Shown: positions 1 through 8,328 of the stretch, piece by piece
Layout of the letters: the number at the start of each line of letters is the position of its first letter
Position numbering within the stretch: the stretch's first letter is position 1
Source: an uncultured Planctomycetia bacterium
GTDB lineage: Bacteria > Omnitrophota > Gorgyraeia > JABMRN01 > RBG-13-46-9
NCBI GenBank assembly: GCA_964440235.1
Contig: CAYTQI010000001.1
Coordinates: 31,444-95,443 of the forward strand
DNA length: 64,000 bases
Reading direction: 5' to 3'
Program-made: the position numbers and the translations under genes
Notes under the pieces: generated by a model
What the model was told of the DNA's origin: nothing
Databases searched by the model: none
The model's input: only the letters and a program-made list of their open reading frames with translations

Positions 1-444
1 GGTAAGCGGGCCCGTGGGGTTTGCGCTAACGAATTCCATGTTAATATTCACGCCCCTGCCGGAAGACACGCGCCCGAACCCATCCTTTTTCTTTAAAATA
101 CCTGAAAGCGTCTTATAGAGATACGGTTTGCTAAGCCGAAAATTGAGAAAACCAGGCGGTAAAACCTCGATTTCGCCTATACTGTCCGCGAAAAGGTTTT
201 TCAGTTCAGGCTTTTCCAGCTCATCCTTTATGGCGCCTGCCAGGATGACGGGGTTCACGGAAAAATATTTTACCAGGCGAAGCGCCGTGTTGGCGGTAAA
301 ATCGCCGTGCGCGCGGTCCCTGGGTACCTCAAGTTCAATCTTAAATCGTTCAGGCAGGCCCCTCGGCGGGATTTTTTCGGAAACTTTCTCAAGCGCTTTC
401 TCTATGGCGTCTATCAGGGTTTTTTGTACTAGTGTGATTCGCAT
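1..444 (-). CDS. argS: Arginine--tRNA ligase, N-terminal part (gene runs off the window start)
   Basis: Reverse-strand translation from the ATG at 444..442 gives MRITLVQKTLIDAIEKALEKVSEKI...HGDFTANTALRLVK...IEVLPPGFLNFRL...NMEFVSANPTGPL. The Arg_tRNA_synt_N features (HGDF..N, GPGF(L/I)N) and the class-I 'ANPTGPLH' HIGH region are recognisable. The frame is open to position 1. It overlaps the rsfS stop by 16 nt. Confidence 0.75.
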   Translation of the reverse strand, partial: MRITLVQKTLIDAIEKALEKVSEKIPPRGLPERFKIELEVPRDRAHGDFTANTALRLVKYFSVNPVILAGAIKDELEKPELKNLFADSIGEIEVLPPGFLNFRLSKPYLYKTLSGILKKKDGFGRVSSGRGVNINMEFVSANPTGPLT

Positions 445-716
445 CGGTGAGAAAAATACTCTTTGGGTGCGTCGTACCACAGCCGTTCCAGGTCATAAAA
501 TTTTCTCAAGTCCTCGTAAAATACGTGAACCATGACATCGCCGTAGTCGATCAACACCCAGAGAGCCTCTTTTTTTCCTTCGATATGACATTTCTTGAGG
601 CCTTTTTTCTCAAGCGCCTCAAGAATAGCTTCCGCTATCGCCTGCACCCTTCTTGTCGAAGGCGCGCTGCAAATAACGAAATAATCAGTAGCGTTTGAAA
701 CAGAGCGCATGTCCAT
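429..716 (-). CDS. rsfS: Ribosomal silencing factor RsfS (Iojap). The true N-terminus probably extends upstream to about 830 with a non-ATG start
   Basis: ORF protein ...ITDYFVICSAPSTRRVQAIAEAI...DYGDVMVHVFYEDLRKFYDLERLW is a typical RsfS core and C-terminus. The in-frame upstream region 717..830 encodes KAKLIRDAAASKKARSIVIMDM, which matches the RsfS N-terminal D.KKA.DI..LD segment. Confidence 0.8.
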   Translation of the reverse strand: MDMRSVSNATDYFVICSAPSTRRVQAIAEAILEALEKKGLKKCHIEGKKEALWVLIDYGDVMVHVFYEDLRKFYDLERLWYDAPKEYFSHRCESH

Positions 717-822
717 TATTACGATGGACCGCGCCTTTTTGCTTGCTGCGGCGTCTCTGATCAGTTTTGCTTTATTTACGGGCTCTATGCTTGCTTCGCC
801 TATTTTAAAGCTATCGCGGAAC

Positions 823-993
823 TTATTTTTTCAATTTCGCGGCCGCGTCTTTTGACATAACTCTCCAGCACTCATGAGTGCCTTCCTGGGACTTGGCTAC
901 CGCGAAAAAACGCCCCTTTTTCTCCACTACCCTGAAATCCCCTGTCTTGAACTTCTTTTTTGTCTTCACATCAAAAAATTCCATTTCTGCCAT
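823..993 (-). CDS. Small hypothetical protein, 56 aa: MAEMEFFDVKTKKKFKTGDFRVVEKKGRFFAVAKSQEGTHECWRVMSKDAAAKLKK
   Basis: ATG at 993..991 is preceded by a strong RBS (AAAGGAGGTG, 7 nt spacing). A sigma-70-like promoter lies upstream (TTGAAA-17-TGcTACACT). Composition is coding-like. It was not in the ORF track because it is below 60 aa. No family was recognised. Confidence 0.5.
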   Translation of the reverse strand: MAEMEFFDVKTKKKFKTGDFRVVEKKGRFFAVAKSQEGTHECWRVMSKDAAAKLKK

Positions 994-1017
994 CACAACA
1001 CCTCCTTTGTTTCACCA

Positions 1018-1046
1018 AGTGTAGCACATAATCCGCTCAATTTCAA
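1018..1046 (-). promoter_or_regulatory. Sigma-70-like promoter for the small ORF and rsfS: -35 TTGAAA (1046..1041), 17-nt spacer, extended -10 TGcTACACT (1023..1018)
   Basis: Read directly on the minus strand, downstream of the nadD stop. Confidence 0.35.
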
Positions 1047-1068
1047 GCCAAAGAGAAAAATGTTCTCA

Positions 1069-1662
1069 TTACCTGTATAATTTTTTTCTTCTTATATATT
1101 TTTCGACTTCAGGGGGCACTAAGCGTTTTATTTCTTTGCGTTTCTTGGCCAGGCCCCTGATTGCCGTCGAAGAAACGTTTTTTTTCGGCATGTTCAGTTT
1201 TATGGCCCCCTTCAATGCCGGGGGAATTGTATAGCCGGGGCGCGGCATAACGGCAAAACGCACGATTTTCCTCAAAGTGCCGATTTTTTTCCAGTCCGAA
1301 AGCCCGGCTGCGCTATCGGCCCCTATCAGAAAAAAAAGTTTTGCATTTTTTCCGTATTTTTTTTTGAAATACGCGGCCGTTTTTACGGAATAAGAAACAC
1401 CTTTATTATTTAATTCGTACCGGGATATCTCGAATTTTTTTCTGCCGGCTATAGCCAGAAAAAGCATCCCGAGCCTGTCCCGCGCGCTCGTACCCGAGCA
1501 TATTTTCTTATGCGGCGGGGCCCCGGCCGGGACAAATACGACCCTGTTCAGGCGCAGCTTTTCAAGGGCATACAAAGCCATATGGATGTGTCCGTTATGC
1601 ACGGGATTAAACGCGCCGCCCAATATTCCGATACGTTTATTCGCGAATCTGGCCATCCCCAA
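1069..1662 (-). CDS. nadD: Nicotinate-nucleotide adenylyltransferase
   Basis: GILGGAFNPVHNGH (HxGH nucleotidyltransferase motif) and overall NadD-like sequence. The start may be the M at residue 3. Confidence 0.85.
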   Translation of the reverse strand: MGMARFANKRIGILGGAFNPVHNGHIHMALYALEKLRLNRVVFVPAGAPPHKKICSGTSARDRLGMLFLAIAGRKKFEISRYELNNKGVSYSVKTAAYFKKKYGKNAKLFFLIGADSAAGLSDWKKIGTLRKIVRFAVMPRPGYTIPPALKGAIKLNMPKKNVSSTAIRGLAKKRKEIKRLVPPEVEKYIRRKKLYR

Positions 1663-2899
1663 ATATTATGTACTTATACGTTGTTAATTCTTCCAGTCCC
1701 ACAGGGCCGCGAGCATGGATTTTATCGGTGCTTATACCTATTTCCGCGCCTTTGCCGAACTCATAACCGTCGGTAAATCTGGTTGAGGCGTTAACGTAGA
1801 CGGAACTTGAGTCCACCCTGTCAAGAAATTTCATCGCGTGCTCGTAATTTTCAGTAACGATCGCGTCTGAATGAGATGTTCCGTATTTATTTATGTGGTT
1901 AATCGCCTCTTCTATTGATTCCACAATTTTTATGGAAAGCGTAAGATCCAGGTATTCGGTAGACCAGTCCGCTTTCTTCGCGGCAGCGATTTTACGCTTT
2001 TTAAGTATCCTGCGCGTAAGCGCGCAACCCCTTATCTCAACGCCGGCGCTTATGAGTTTATCGTAAATTCCCGGGAGAAATCTGGCGGCAGCATCTTTGT
2101 GAACAAGGAGCGTCTCCATCGCGTTGCACACACCGGGACGCTGGACTTTGGCGTTATAAGAAATAGATTCCGCCATGTTTAACTCCGCGTATTCGTCTAC
2201 ATACACATGGCAGACGCCCTTATAGTGTTTAATAACCGGTATTCGTGACTTTTTTGATACCTCTTTTATCAGCGATTCTCCGCCCCTCGGTATTATTACG
2301 TCGATAATGCCTTCGGCGCCCAGCAAAACATCGACCGCTTTTCTGTCGGTCGTCCTTATAAGGTTAATAGACCCTTTTGGAATACCGCGCTTTACCGCGA
2401 CGCTGTTTAAAGCATCAAATATCGCAATATTTGAATTTATAGCTTCCCGTCCGCCTCTTAAAATGAGGCTATTTCCTGATTTAAAGCATAAGGCGACGCA
2501 ATCCGCGGTTACATTCGGCCTGGATTCGTATATTACGGCGATAACGCCTATCGGAACCCTTTTTTTCCCTATCAAAAGACCGTTCGGCCTTTTTACAAGT
2601 TTTTCCAGGGCGCCGACCGGGTCCTCGAGTTTCGCGACAGCCGAAAGGGAATCAGCCATCGCGTTTATTCTTTTCCCCGTAAGCCTGAGGCGGTCCATTA
2701 ATGCCCCTGAAAGTCTTTTTGATTTGGCACGCCTCATATCCTTTTGGTTCGCCCTTAGAATACGCGCTTTTGATCTGATTACGGACACGGCCATCGCTTT
2801 TAAAACACTATTTTTGATTTCCGTTTTCAACAGGGCAAGGGGCCCTGAGGCGGATTTGGCCTCTTCGGCGATCTTTATTATTTCTTTTTTAAGTCTCAT
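1637..2899 (-). CDS. proA: Gamma-glutamyl phosphate reductase
   Basis: 420 aa. Aldehyde dehydrogenase-type ProA signature segments (VIYESRPNVT..., LILRGG, NASTRFTDG). It is start-coupled to proB (ATGA overlap). Confidence 0.9.
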   Translation of the reverse strand: MRLKKEIIKIAEEAKSASGPLALLKTEIKNSVLKAMAVSVIRSKARILRANQKDMRRAKSKRLSGALMDRLRLTGKRINAMADSLSAVAKLEDPVGALEKLVKRPNGLLIGKKRVPIGVIAVIYESRPNVTADCVALCFKSGNSLILRGGREAINSNIAIFDALNSVAVKRGIPKGSINLIRTTDRKAVDVLLGAEGIIDVIIPRGGESLIKEVSKKSRIPVIKHYKGVCHVYVDEYAELNMAESISYNAKVQRPGVCNAMETLLVHKDAAARFLPGIYDKLISAGVEIRGCALTRRILKKRKIAAAKKADWSTEYLDLTLSIKIVESIEEAINHINKYGTSHSDAIVTENYEHAMKFLDRVDSSSVYVNASTRFTDGYEFGKGAEIGISTDKIHARGPVGLEELTTYKYIIFGDGQIRE

Positions 2900-4035
2900 A
2901 AGATAACAAGATTGTCCCTGTGTACGGCCTCATCATGGTCTTTATATCCCAGGGCCGATTCTATTTCACTTGTTTTAAGGCCCTTAATCCTTTCAATTTC
3001 CTTTGAAGAATAGTTCACAAGCCCCCTGGCGAATTCTCTCCCCCGGGGGCCGGCTATGCCTATTACGTCTCCGGCCCTGAAAGCACCTTCTTTTCCCGTA
3101 ATGCCCGAGGTTAAAAGGCTTTTATGCCCAATGGCAAGCGCTTTTTTCGCGCCCTCATCAACGATTATTCTGCCTTTCACCTTTGAGGAAAACGCGATCC
3201 ATCTTTTCTTTGCTTTCGCCTTTACGGGCCGCGCCTTAAAAAGGGTATATTTATTTTTTTCGCGGCCCCGTAATATATCCAGCACTATACCGGGTTTTGT
3301 GCCCAGAGCGATAAAACAATCAATCCCCGCACGCGTAGCCCTTCGCGCGGCTTCTATCTTGGTTGCCATGCCGCCTTTTGTAAAAAGCGACATTTTCTTT
3401 TTAACCAGTTTTTCGATTTTCTCGGTAATCTCATCCACTACGGGAACAACACCGTTTTCGTCGTAAAGGCCGTCTACGTCGCTTAACATCACCAGTACGT
3501 CCGCGGCGCATAAGTCGGCGACAAGGCTTGAAAGCCGGTCGTTATCCCCCAGCTTTATTTCTTCGGTGGAAACGGTATCGTTCTCATTTACTATCGGAAC
3601 AACATTTTTTGAAAGCAGCGAGTCTATCGTATATTTTATATTCATATAACGGCGGCGATCGTCAAAATCTTCCTGCGTCAACAGAACTTGTCCGGTCAGA
3701 TAATTCTTTTTTTTGAACGCCTCACCGTAAAGGCGCATAAGTTCGCTCTGGCCGGCAGAAGCCATTGCCTGCATGTCGGAAAGAGAATTTGAAGCGCTCC
3801 TCAATATGCCTCTTCCGGCGCAAATAGCGCCCGAGGTAACGATTATAACCTTAGCCCCTTTATCCAGAAGGCGCGACACCTGGGAAACAAGTCCCTCAAT
3901 AACGCTTTTATCTACATTTCCCGCAGTTTTCGCGATAACACTGGAGCCGATCTTTATAACGATTTTTTTATACTTCACACAAGCCCCTCTTCTCAATTCC
4001 TTTAAGCGTACCGCACCTTTTACGCCGGAGGACAC
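2896..4035 (-). CDS. proB: Glutamate 5-kinase with C-terminal PUA domain
   Basis: KIVIKIGSSVI...VIIVTSGAI kinase core and C-terminal PUA-like region. Classic proBA pairing. Confidence 0.9.
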   Translation of the reverse strand: MSSGVKGAVRLKELRRGACVKYKKIVIKIGSSVIAKTAGNVDKSVIEGLVSQVSRLLDKGAKVIIVTSGAICAGRGILRSASNSLSDMQAMASAGQSELMRLYGEAFKKKNYLTGQVLLTQEDFDDRRRYMNIKYTIDSLLSKNVVPIVNENDTVSTEEIKLGDNDRLSSLVADLCAADVLVMLSDVDGLYDENGVVPVVDEITEKIEKLVKKKMSLFTKGGMATKIEAARRATRAGIDCFIALGTKPGIVLDILRGREKNKYTLFKARPVKAKAKKRWIAFSSKVKGRIIVDEGAKKALAIGHKSLLTSGITGKEGAFRAGDVIGIAGPRGREFARGLVNYSSKEIERIKGLKTSEIESALGYKDHDEAVHRDNLVIL

Positions 4036-4056
4036 TGACCGCGCGTGAACGCGGAA

Positions 4057-5016
4057 TTACGCTACCAGCATTTTCCATATTTCTTCTAAAAGTTTTTCCA
4101 CTCCCTCGCCGGTTTTCGCCGATATAGGAAACGCTTTCGCGCCTGTTTTTTTCTTAAATACCTTAAAATTTTTTTTCGCTTCCGGCAAATCCATTTTATT
4201 GCAGGCCAGGACTTGCGGTTTTTCCGCGAGACGGCGACCGTACAATGATAGCTCTTTATTTATCGACAAATAATCTTCGTACGCCGGCCGCGACTCAATC
4301 TCGGCCATATCCACCATGTGGAGCAAAATTTTCGTCCTCTCTATGTGGCGCAAAAATTCGTCTCCCAGACCGCGCCCTTTATGCGCGTCTTCTATCAAGC
4401 CGGGCATATCCGCAAATATCAGATCGGCATTCTCCATCCTGACCATGCCCAGCACGGGCGCCCTGGTCGTAAAGCGGTACGGCGCTATTTTTGATTTTGC
4501 CCGTGAGATGCGCGAGATAAGCGTTGACTTGCCGGCGTTCGGGTATCCTATGATGCCGACATCCGCTATGAATTTGAGCTCCAGCGCGAGGTCTTTTTCC
4601 TCGCCCGGAGCCCCGGGGGTCGCGTCCCGATCCTTTGAATTGCCTTTCCCGCCGGCGCCGCCTGAAGCAACAACAACTTTTTCCGTATCCCCCGTAAGGT
4701 CCCTGAGAATAAAACCGGTTGAAATATCCTTTATTACCGTTCCCGGCGGAACGCCTATCAGTAAATCGTTTCCGTCTTTACCTTTTTTATTATTGGAACT
4801 GCCGTGCGCGCCGCGCGCCGCTTTAAAATGCCTTTTATGCTGAAAATCCAGCAAGGTATGAACGTTCTTATCGACTTTGAATATTATGTTTCCGCCATGC
4901 CCGCCGCGCCCGCCGTTCGGTTTTCCTTTCCGGACAAAACGGTCCCGATAGAAACTTGTACATCCATCTCCGCCGTTCCCCGCCTTAATGTGAATTTTAG
5001 CCCGATCGATAAGCAT
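4057..5016 (-). CDS. obg: GTPase Obg/CgtA
   Basis: N-terminal glycine-rich Obg fold (KAGNGGDGCTSF...GGRGGHGGNI) followed by the GTPase G1-G4 motifs (GYPNAGKST, DMPG, NKMD). Confidence 0.85.
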   Translation of the reverse strand: MLIDRAKIHIKAGNGGDGCTSFYRDRFVRKGKPNGGRGGHGGNIIFKVDKNVHTLLDFQHKRHFKAARGAHGSSNNKKGKDGNDLLIGVPPGTVIKDISTGFILRDLTGDTEKVVVASGGAGGKGNSKDRDATPGAPGEEKDLALELKFIADVGIIGYPNAGKSTLISRISRAKSKIAPYRFTTRAPVLGMVRMENADLIFADMPGLIEDAHKGRGLGDEFLRHIERTKILLHMVDMAEIESRPAYEDYLSINKELSLYGRRLAEKPQVLACNKMDLPEAKKNFKVFKKKTGAKAFPISAKTGEGVEKLLEEIWKMLVA

Positions 5017-5103
5017 TTTGACGCGAATGCATACGGATCCGAAACATAAATCTTCACGGATTATCCGTGTGACTCCGTTTAAAATCCGCGTTAATCCGTG
5101 TTT

Positions 5104-5346
5104 TCATTTCGGTAAGATACTTACTACTTTTGATGGTGAGAAGCTGACAATGCCGTCTGTTTTGGCAAAAAGCGTATCATCCCTGCCCCGGCCCACGTTA
5201 AGGCCCGGCTTGAAGGGCGTGCCCCTTTGCCTTACGATGATACTGCCCGCCGTGATAAGCTGGCCGCCGTAGCGCTTTACGCCAAGCCGCTGCGAATTAG
5301 AATCCCTTCCGTTTTTGGAACTCCCCAATCCTTTTTTATGAGCCAT
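5104..5346 (-). CDS. rpmA: 50S ribosomal protein L27
   Basis: [29 protein letters not shown]... is the canonical L27 N-terminus. Confidence 0.9.
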   Translation of the reverse strand: MAHKKGLGSSKNGRDSNSQRLGVKRYGGQLITAGSIIVRQRGTPFKPGLNVGRGRDDTLFAKTDGIVSFSPSKVVSILPK

Positions 5347-5355
5347 TTATAACTC

Positions 5356-5667
5356 CTAGACCTTTATTTCCTTCACCCGCAATCGAGTCAAATCCTGCCT
5401 GTGGCCCCTTTTCCATTTCTGGCTTTTTCTTTTTTTATACTTGAACGCGACAACTTTCTTTCCGCGAGGATGCGACAGGATCTCACAGGCCACATAGGCG
5501 TCCTTTAGATGGGGCCTGCCCACATGAAAGGTGTTTTTCTCCTTCGCGAACAGTACATTTTTGAACTTTATTACGGCTGTGGGTTTGCCGATCATCCTGC
5601 TTACGGAAAACTCCGTGTTTTTCTCGACTCTATATTGCCTCCCGGAGGCCTCTATTATTGCGTACAT
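5356..5667 (-). CDS. rplU: 50S ribosomal protein L21
   Basis: MYAIIEASGRQYRVEKN... is the canonical L21. RBS AAGGAG. The rplU-rpmA-obg synteny is conserved. Confidence 0.9.
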   Translation of the reverse strand: MYAIIEASGRQYRVEKNTEFSVSRMIGKPTAVIKFKNVLFAKEKNTFHVGRPHLKDAYVACEILSHPRGKKVVAFKYKKRKSQKWKRGHRQDLTRLRVKEIKV

Positions 5668-5691
5668 ATCAACTCCTTGATTAAGATAGAT

Positions 5692-5719
5692 ACTCTATCA
5701 CAAGTTGGCGATTTGTCAA
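5692..5719 (-). promoter_or_regulatory. Sigma-70-like promoter upstream of rplU: -35 TTGACA (5719..5714), 16-nt spacer, extended -10 TGaTAGAGT (5697..5692)
   Basis: Read directly. It lies about 25 nt upstream of the rplU RBS. Confidence 0.4.
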
Positions 5720-5731
5720 GCAAAAAGGGGT

Positions 5732-7456
5732 TTACGGATTATGCTCCTTTAGCGACATAGCTTTTTTGAACATAATTACCGCCTCTTTTTTTCTGCCAAG
5801 TTTATTGTATAGCCTGCCAAGATTATGATACACATCCGCGCAATCCGGGTTGATTGTTATCGATTTTTTAAACACATTTAACGCTTCTTCCTGTTTGCCG
5901 ATAGACGCGTATATAATTCCGAGATTATTATACGCTTCGGAATGCATGGAATTGATCACTATTGTTTTTTTGTACGAATTTATAGCTTTTTGTCTTTCCC
6001 CGATATCCCTGTACGCATTACCCAGGTTAAAATATGCGTCCGCGTACAGGGAATCGGCTTCAATCGATTTTTTGTATAACTCTATCGCCTTCCCTTTTCT
6101 ACCGGTATAATAATATACATTGCCAAGATTATTATACGCCCTGGCGTTATAGGGATCGGCCTCAACCGCCTTTTTGTAGAATTCCATCGCCTTGTCGTTT
6201 TTGCCGGCATCATAATATATATTGCCCAGGCCATTATACGCTCTCGCGCTATTAGGGGCATATTTCAGGGTTCTTTTGTAAAATTTTTTGAGCCCCTGCC
6301 AATACTTATTCTGCTGCATTGTCAGGCCCGAATAAAAAACAATCAGCGCTATGATAAAAATAAAAATGACATTCCGCATTTTTTTCTTCCTGTATAAAAA
6401 GCTTAATAAACCGGCTAAAATGAGAAAAAATCCGACAGAAGGCAGATAAAGCCAGCGTTCCGCCATGTAAAAAGGAAGCGGGTAAAAAATATTAGAAACG
6501 GGTAATAGAGACACGAAAAACCAGCCTGTAGCAAAAAAAACAAGGCTATTCCTCTTTCTGTTCGTAAAAGCGAAAGAAAGTATCAAAAGCGCTGTTATGG
6601 CTCCGAACGCCACCCGCGGATCAGAAAAACGGAACGGGCCTCCTTCGTATTCAACGCGAAGCCCGAAAGGCATTATAAGAATTCTTATGTAATCGGTGAC
6701 AGCCGCGAAAAAACCGGGCAATCTTTGGAACAAGCCCGCAAAATTTAAATTAGCGGGCAATGAAAATTTAAAAACCGATAAACGCAGGAAAAAATAAATA
6801 AAAGCGACTCCCAGCATCGGCAAAAACACGGCTGTTTTAATTTTCTTTTTAAAAGCATAGTGATAAAGCAATAAAAGACCGGGTAAAATCAAAGCGCTCT
6901 CCTTGGATAGGATAGCTAAGATATAGCATAATAACGACATGGCGGAAAAGTATGCGCGCCCCGAGATGAGTTGTTTTATGTAAAAGATAAAGCATAAAAG
7001 AACGAATAGCGTGGCCATGGAATCCGCCCGGCAGGATATCCATGACACTACTTCTGAATGTATGGGATGAACGAGAAAAAGAATCGACGCGAGCAGCGAA
7101 AGCAGCCGGTCGCCGTAAAGAAGCGCGACAAACCAGTAAAGAGACAACGCGGTAAGCGTATGTATAACGATATTTGTGAAATGATAACCCTGAACATTTA
7201 AACGCCAGAAGGAATAATCCGCCAAAATGGTAAGCATCGCGAACGGACGGTAATAATTAAACCTTGCCGAAGTGCCCGCGCCAATTTCCCGTGTAAATAA
7301 TTTTGGCGCGTAAATCCAGCTCTTCACGAATACGTTATCCCGTATTACGATTAGATCATCATATATGAATTCGCCGTTAAGGGAATTGCCGTAAACCGCG
7401 AAACCCAAAATTATTATCAGGGCAAAACTTATAAGTATGCCGTATTTCCCGGACAT
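5732..7456 (-). CDS. Membrane protein with an N-terminal multi-TM GT-C (TMTC/PMT_2-like) domain and C-terminal TPR repeats, paralog 1
   Basis: About 9-11 predicted TM helices. A 'FIYDD' acidic motif follows TM1 in the first loop. ...YYRPF...GYH.TN..IH... segments resemble the TMTC/PMT_2/DUF1736 architecture. The C-terminus has at least six TPR units (AYNNLGN.Y...G....A...YKKA). It is a paralog of 18339..20366. Confidence 0.7.
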   Translation of the reverse strand: MSGKYGILISFALIIILGFAVYGNSLNGEFIYDDLIVIRDNVFVKSWIYAPKLFTREIGAGTSARFNYYRPFAMLTILADYSFWRLNVQGYHFTNIVIHTLTALSLYWFVALLYGDRLLSLLASILFLVHPIHSEVVSWISCRADSMATLFVLLCFIFYIKQLISGRAYFSAMSLLCYILAILSKESALILPGLLLLYHYAFKKKIKTAVFLPMLGVAFIYFFLRLSVFKFSLPANLNFAGLFQRLPGFFAAVTDYIRILIMPFGLRVEYEGGPFRFSDPRVAFGAITALLILSFAFTNRKRNSLVFFATGWFFVSLLPVSNIFYPLPFYMAERWLYLPSVGFFLILAGLLSFLYRKKKMRNVIFIFIIALIVFYSGLTMQQNKYWQGLKKFYKRTLKYAPNSARAYNGLGNIYYDAGKNDKAMEFYKKAVEADPYNARAYNNLGNVYYYTGRKGKAIELYKKSIEADSLYADAYFNLGNAYRDIGERQKAINSYKKTIVINSMHSEAYNNLGIIYASIGKQEEALNVFKKSITINPDCADVYHNLGRLYNKLGRKKEAVIMFKKAMSLKEHNP

Positions 7457-7469
7457 ATAATTTCTCGCG

Positions 7470-7545
7470 AAACAGGGGCCAGGTCTTCACATTTGACATT
7501 TAGAAAAAGATACAAATAGCAGATGTGAAGACCCGACCCCTGTTT
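7470..7545 (-). other. Intercistronic 23-bp stem / 30-nt loop hairpin between the aspartic-protease gene and the TPR gene
   Basis: Arms 7470..7492 and 7523..7545. On the minus-strand RNA the two non-Watson-Crick positions are G·U wobbles. On the plus strand they are C·A and A·C mismatches. Confidence 0.5.
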
Positions 7546-7547
7546 TT

Positions 7548-8324
7548 TTAATAGCGTTCCAGCACCAAACAGTTTTCTTTAGCGTCCATCTTTACGTGGA
7601 AAGCTCGCAAAAACGACATCCCGAGAAGGCCGTCTAGGCCGTGCCCCGGCGGGTCCTCTGATATCGCCGCCTCGACGTCCCTGACCTTAGAAGATCCGAC
7701 TTCCACGGAATTCAACGTAACGCGCGTAGCGGTCCTTGTACTCCCGTCGGCCAGGACAACAAGCACTTTTTCCTTTTCCTCGTCCGGATTTATCCCCAGC
7801 TTCCCGGCAATCGCCCCGGAAATAAGGACCATCGAAGCCCCGGTATCCACATAAAGGGCCGCTTTAACCTTACCGTTGAGTACGGCGTCAACCACGCCGA
7901 AACGGCCTTTCGAAAACTTGATCTTCAGCCTGCCACGCGCCTTTTTTGCCGCCTGAACCTGCCGCTCATATCTTTCGAGGCGATATTCGTTAAGACGCTG
8001 ACGACGGCCTTTTTCGTTTTCGGCGTCCCCGGAAACTGTCTCTGCGGCCGGGCGCACCGAGTAACGTTCTATTTCCTCCGGCGTTGATTTTCTTATGCTT
8101 TCAATCCTGTCCCTGGATATGGAATATATAAAATTGCCGTTGCCCCTGCTTACAACCACGGCATCCTCAGTTTCATTTTTTATTTCGGCGAAAATTTCCC
8201 TTCCGTCTTTTAGAACAATGGTCTCGGCAAAAACCCCTGCGCCGTATGTCAATAAAAATATCACAAAAAAAATAAGGACACATCCCGCCTTTACCGCAAA
8301 AACAAGACACGTCCCTATTTTCAT
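7548..8324 (-). CDS. Retropepsin-like (clan AA) aspartic protease with an N-terminal membrane anchor
   Basis: N-terminal hydrophobic helix. The C-terminal domain has the catalytic 'VDTGAS' triad region and a GLLGMSFL flap-like segment, which is typical of the TIGR02281 / Asp_protease_2 bacterial retropepsin family. Confidence 0.6.
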   Translation of the reverse strand: MKIGTCLVFAVKAGCVLIFFVIFLLTYGAGVFAETIVLKDGREIFAEIKNETEDAVVVSRGNGNFIYSISRDRIESIRKSTPEEIERYSVRPAAETVSGDAENEKGRRQRLNEYRLERYERQVQAAKKARGRLKIKFSKGRFGVVDAVLNGKVKAALYVDTGASMVLISGAIAGKLGINPDEEKEKVLVVLADGSTRTATRVTLNSVEVGSSKVRDVEAAISEDPPGHGLDGLLGMSFLRAFHVKMDAKENCLVLERY

Positions 8325-8328
8325 ACCG

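Noticed and set aside
128-535. 135-aa plus-strand ORF at the window start
   Set aside because: It lies antisense to the argS 5' end and the rsfS 3' end, both of which have clear family signatures. It has no RBS or family resemblance.
2307-2906. 199-aa plus-strand ORF, plus similar long plus-strand ORFs at 4316..4843, 12427..12985, 13774..14424, 17476..18246, 22785..24008, 27477..27890, 36736..37245, 41804..42388, 43334..43882, 52176..52798, 58391..59025 and 60507..60980
   Set aside because: All lie entirely inside well-supported minus-strand genes (proA, obg, rng, pilQ, pilM, pilB, GGDEF, aroA, ileS, pfkB, murC/murG, murEF, ftsI). They are shadow ORFs typical of antisense frames. None has a recognisable motif.
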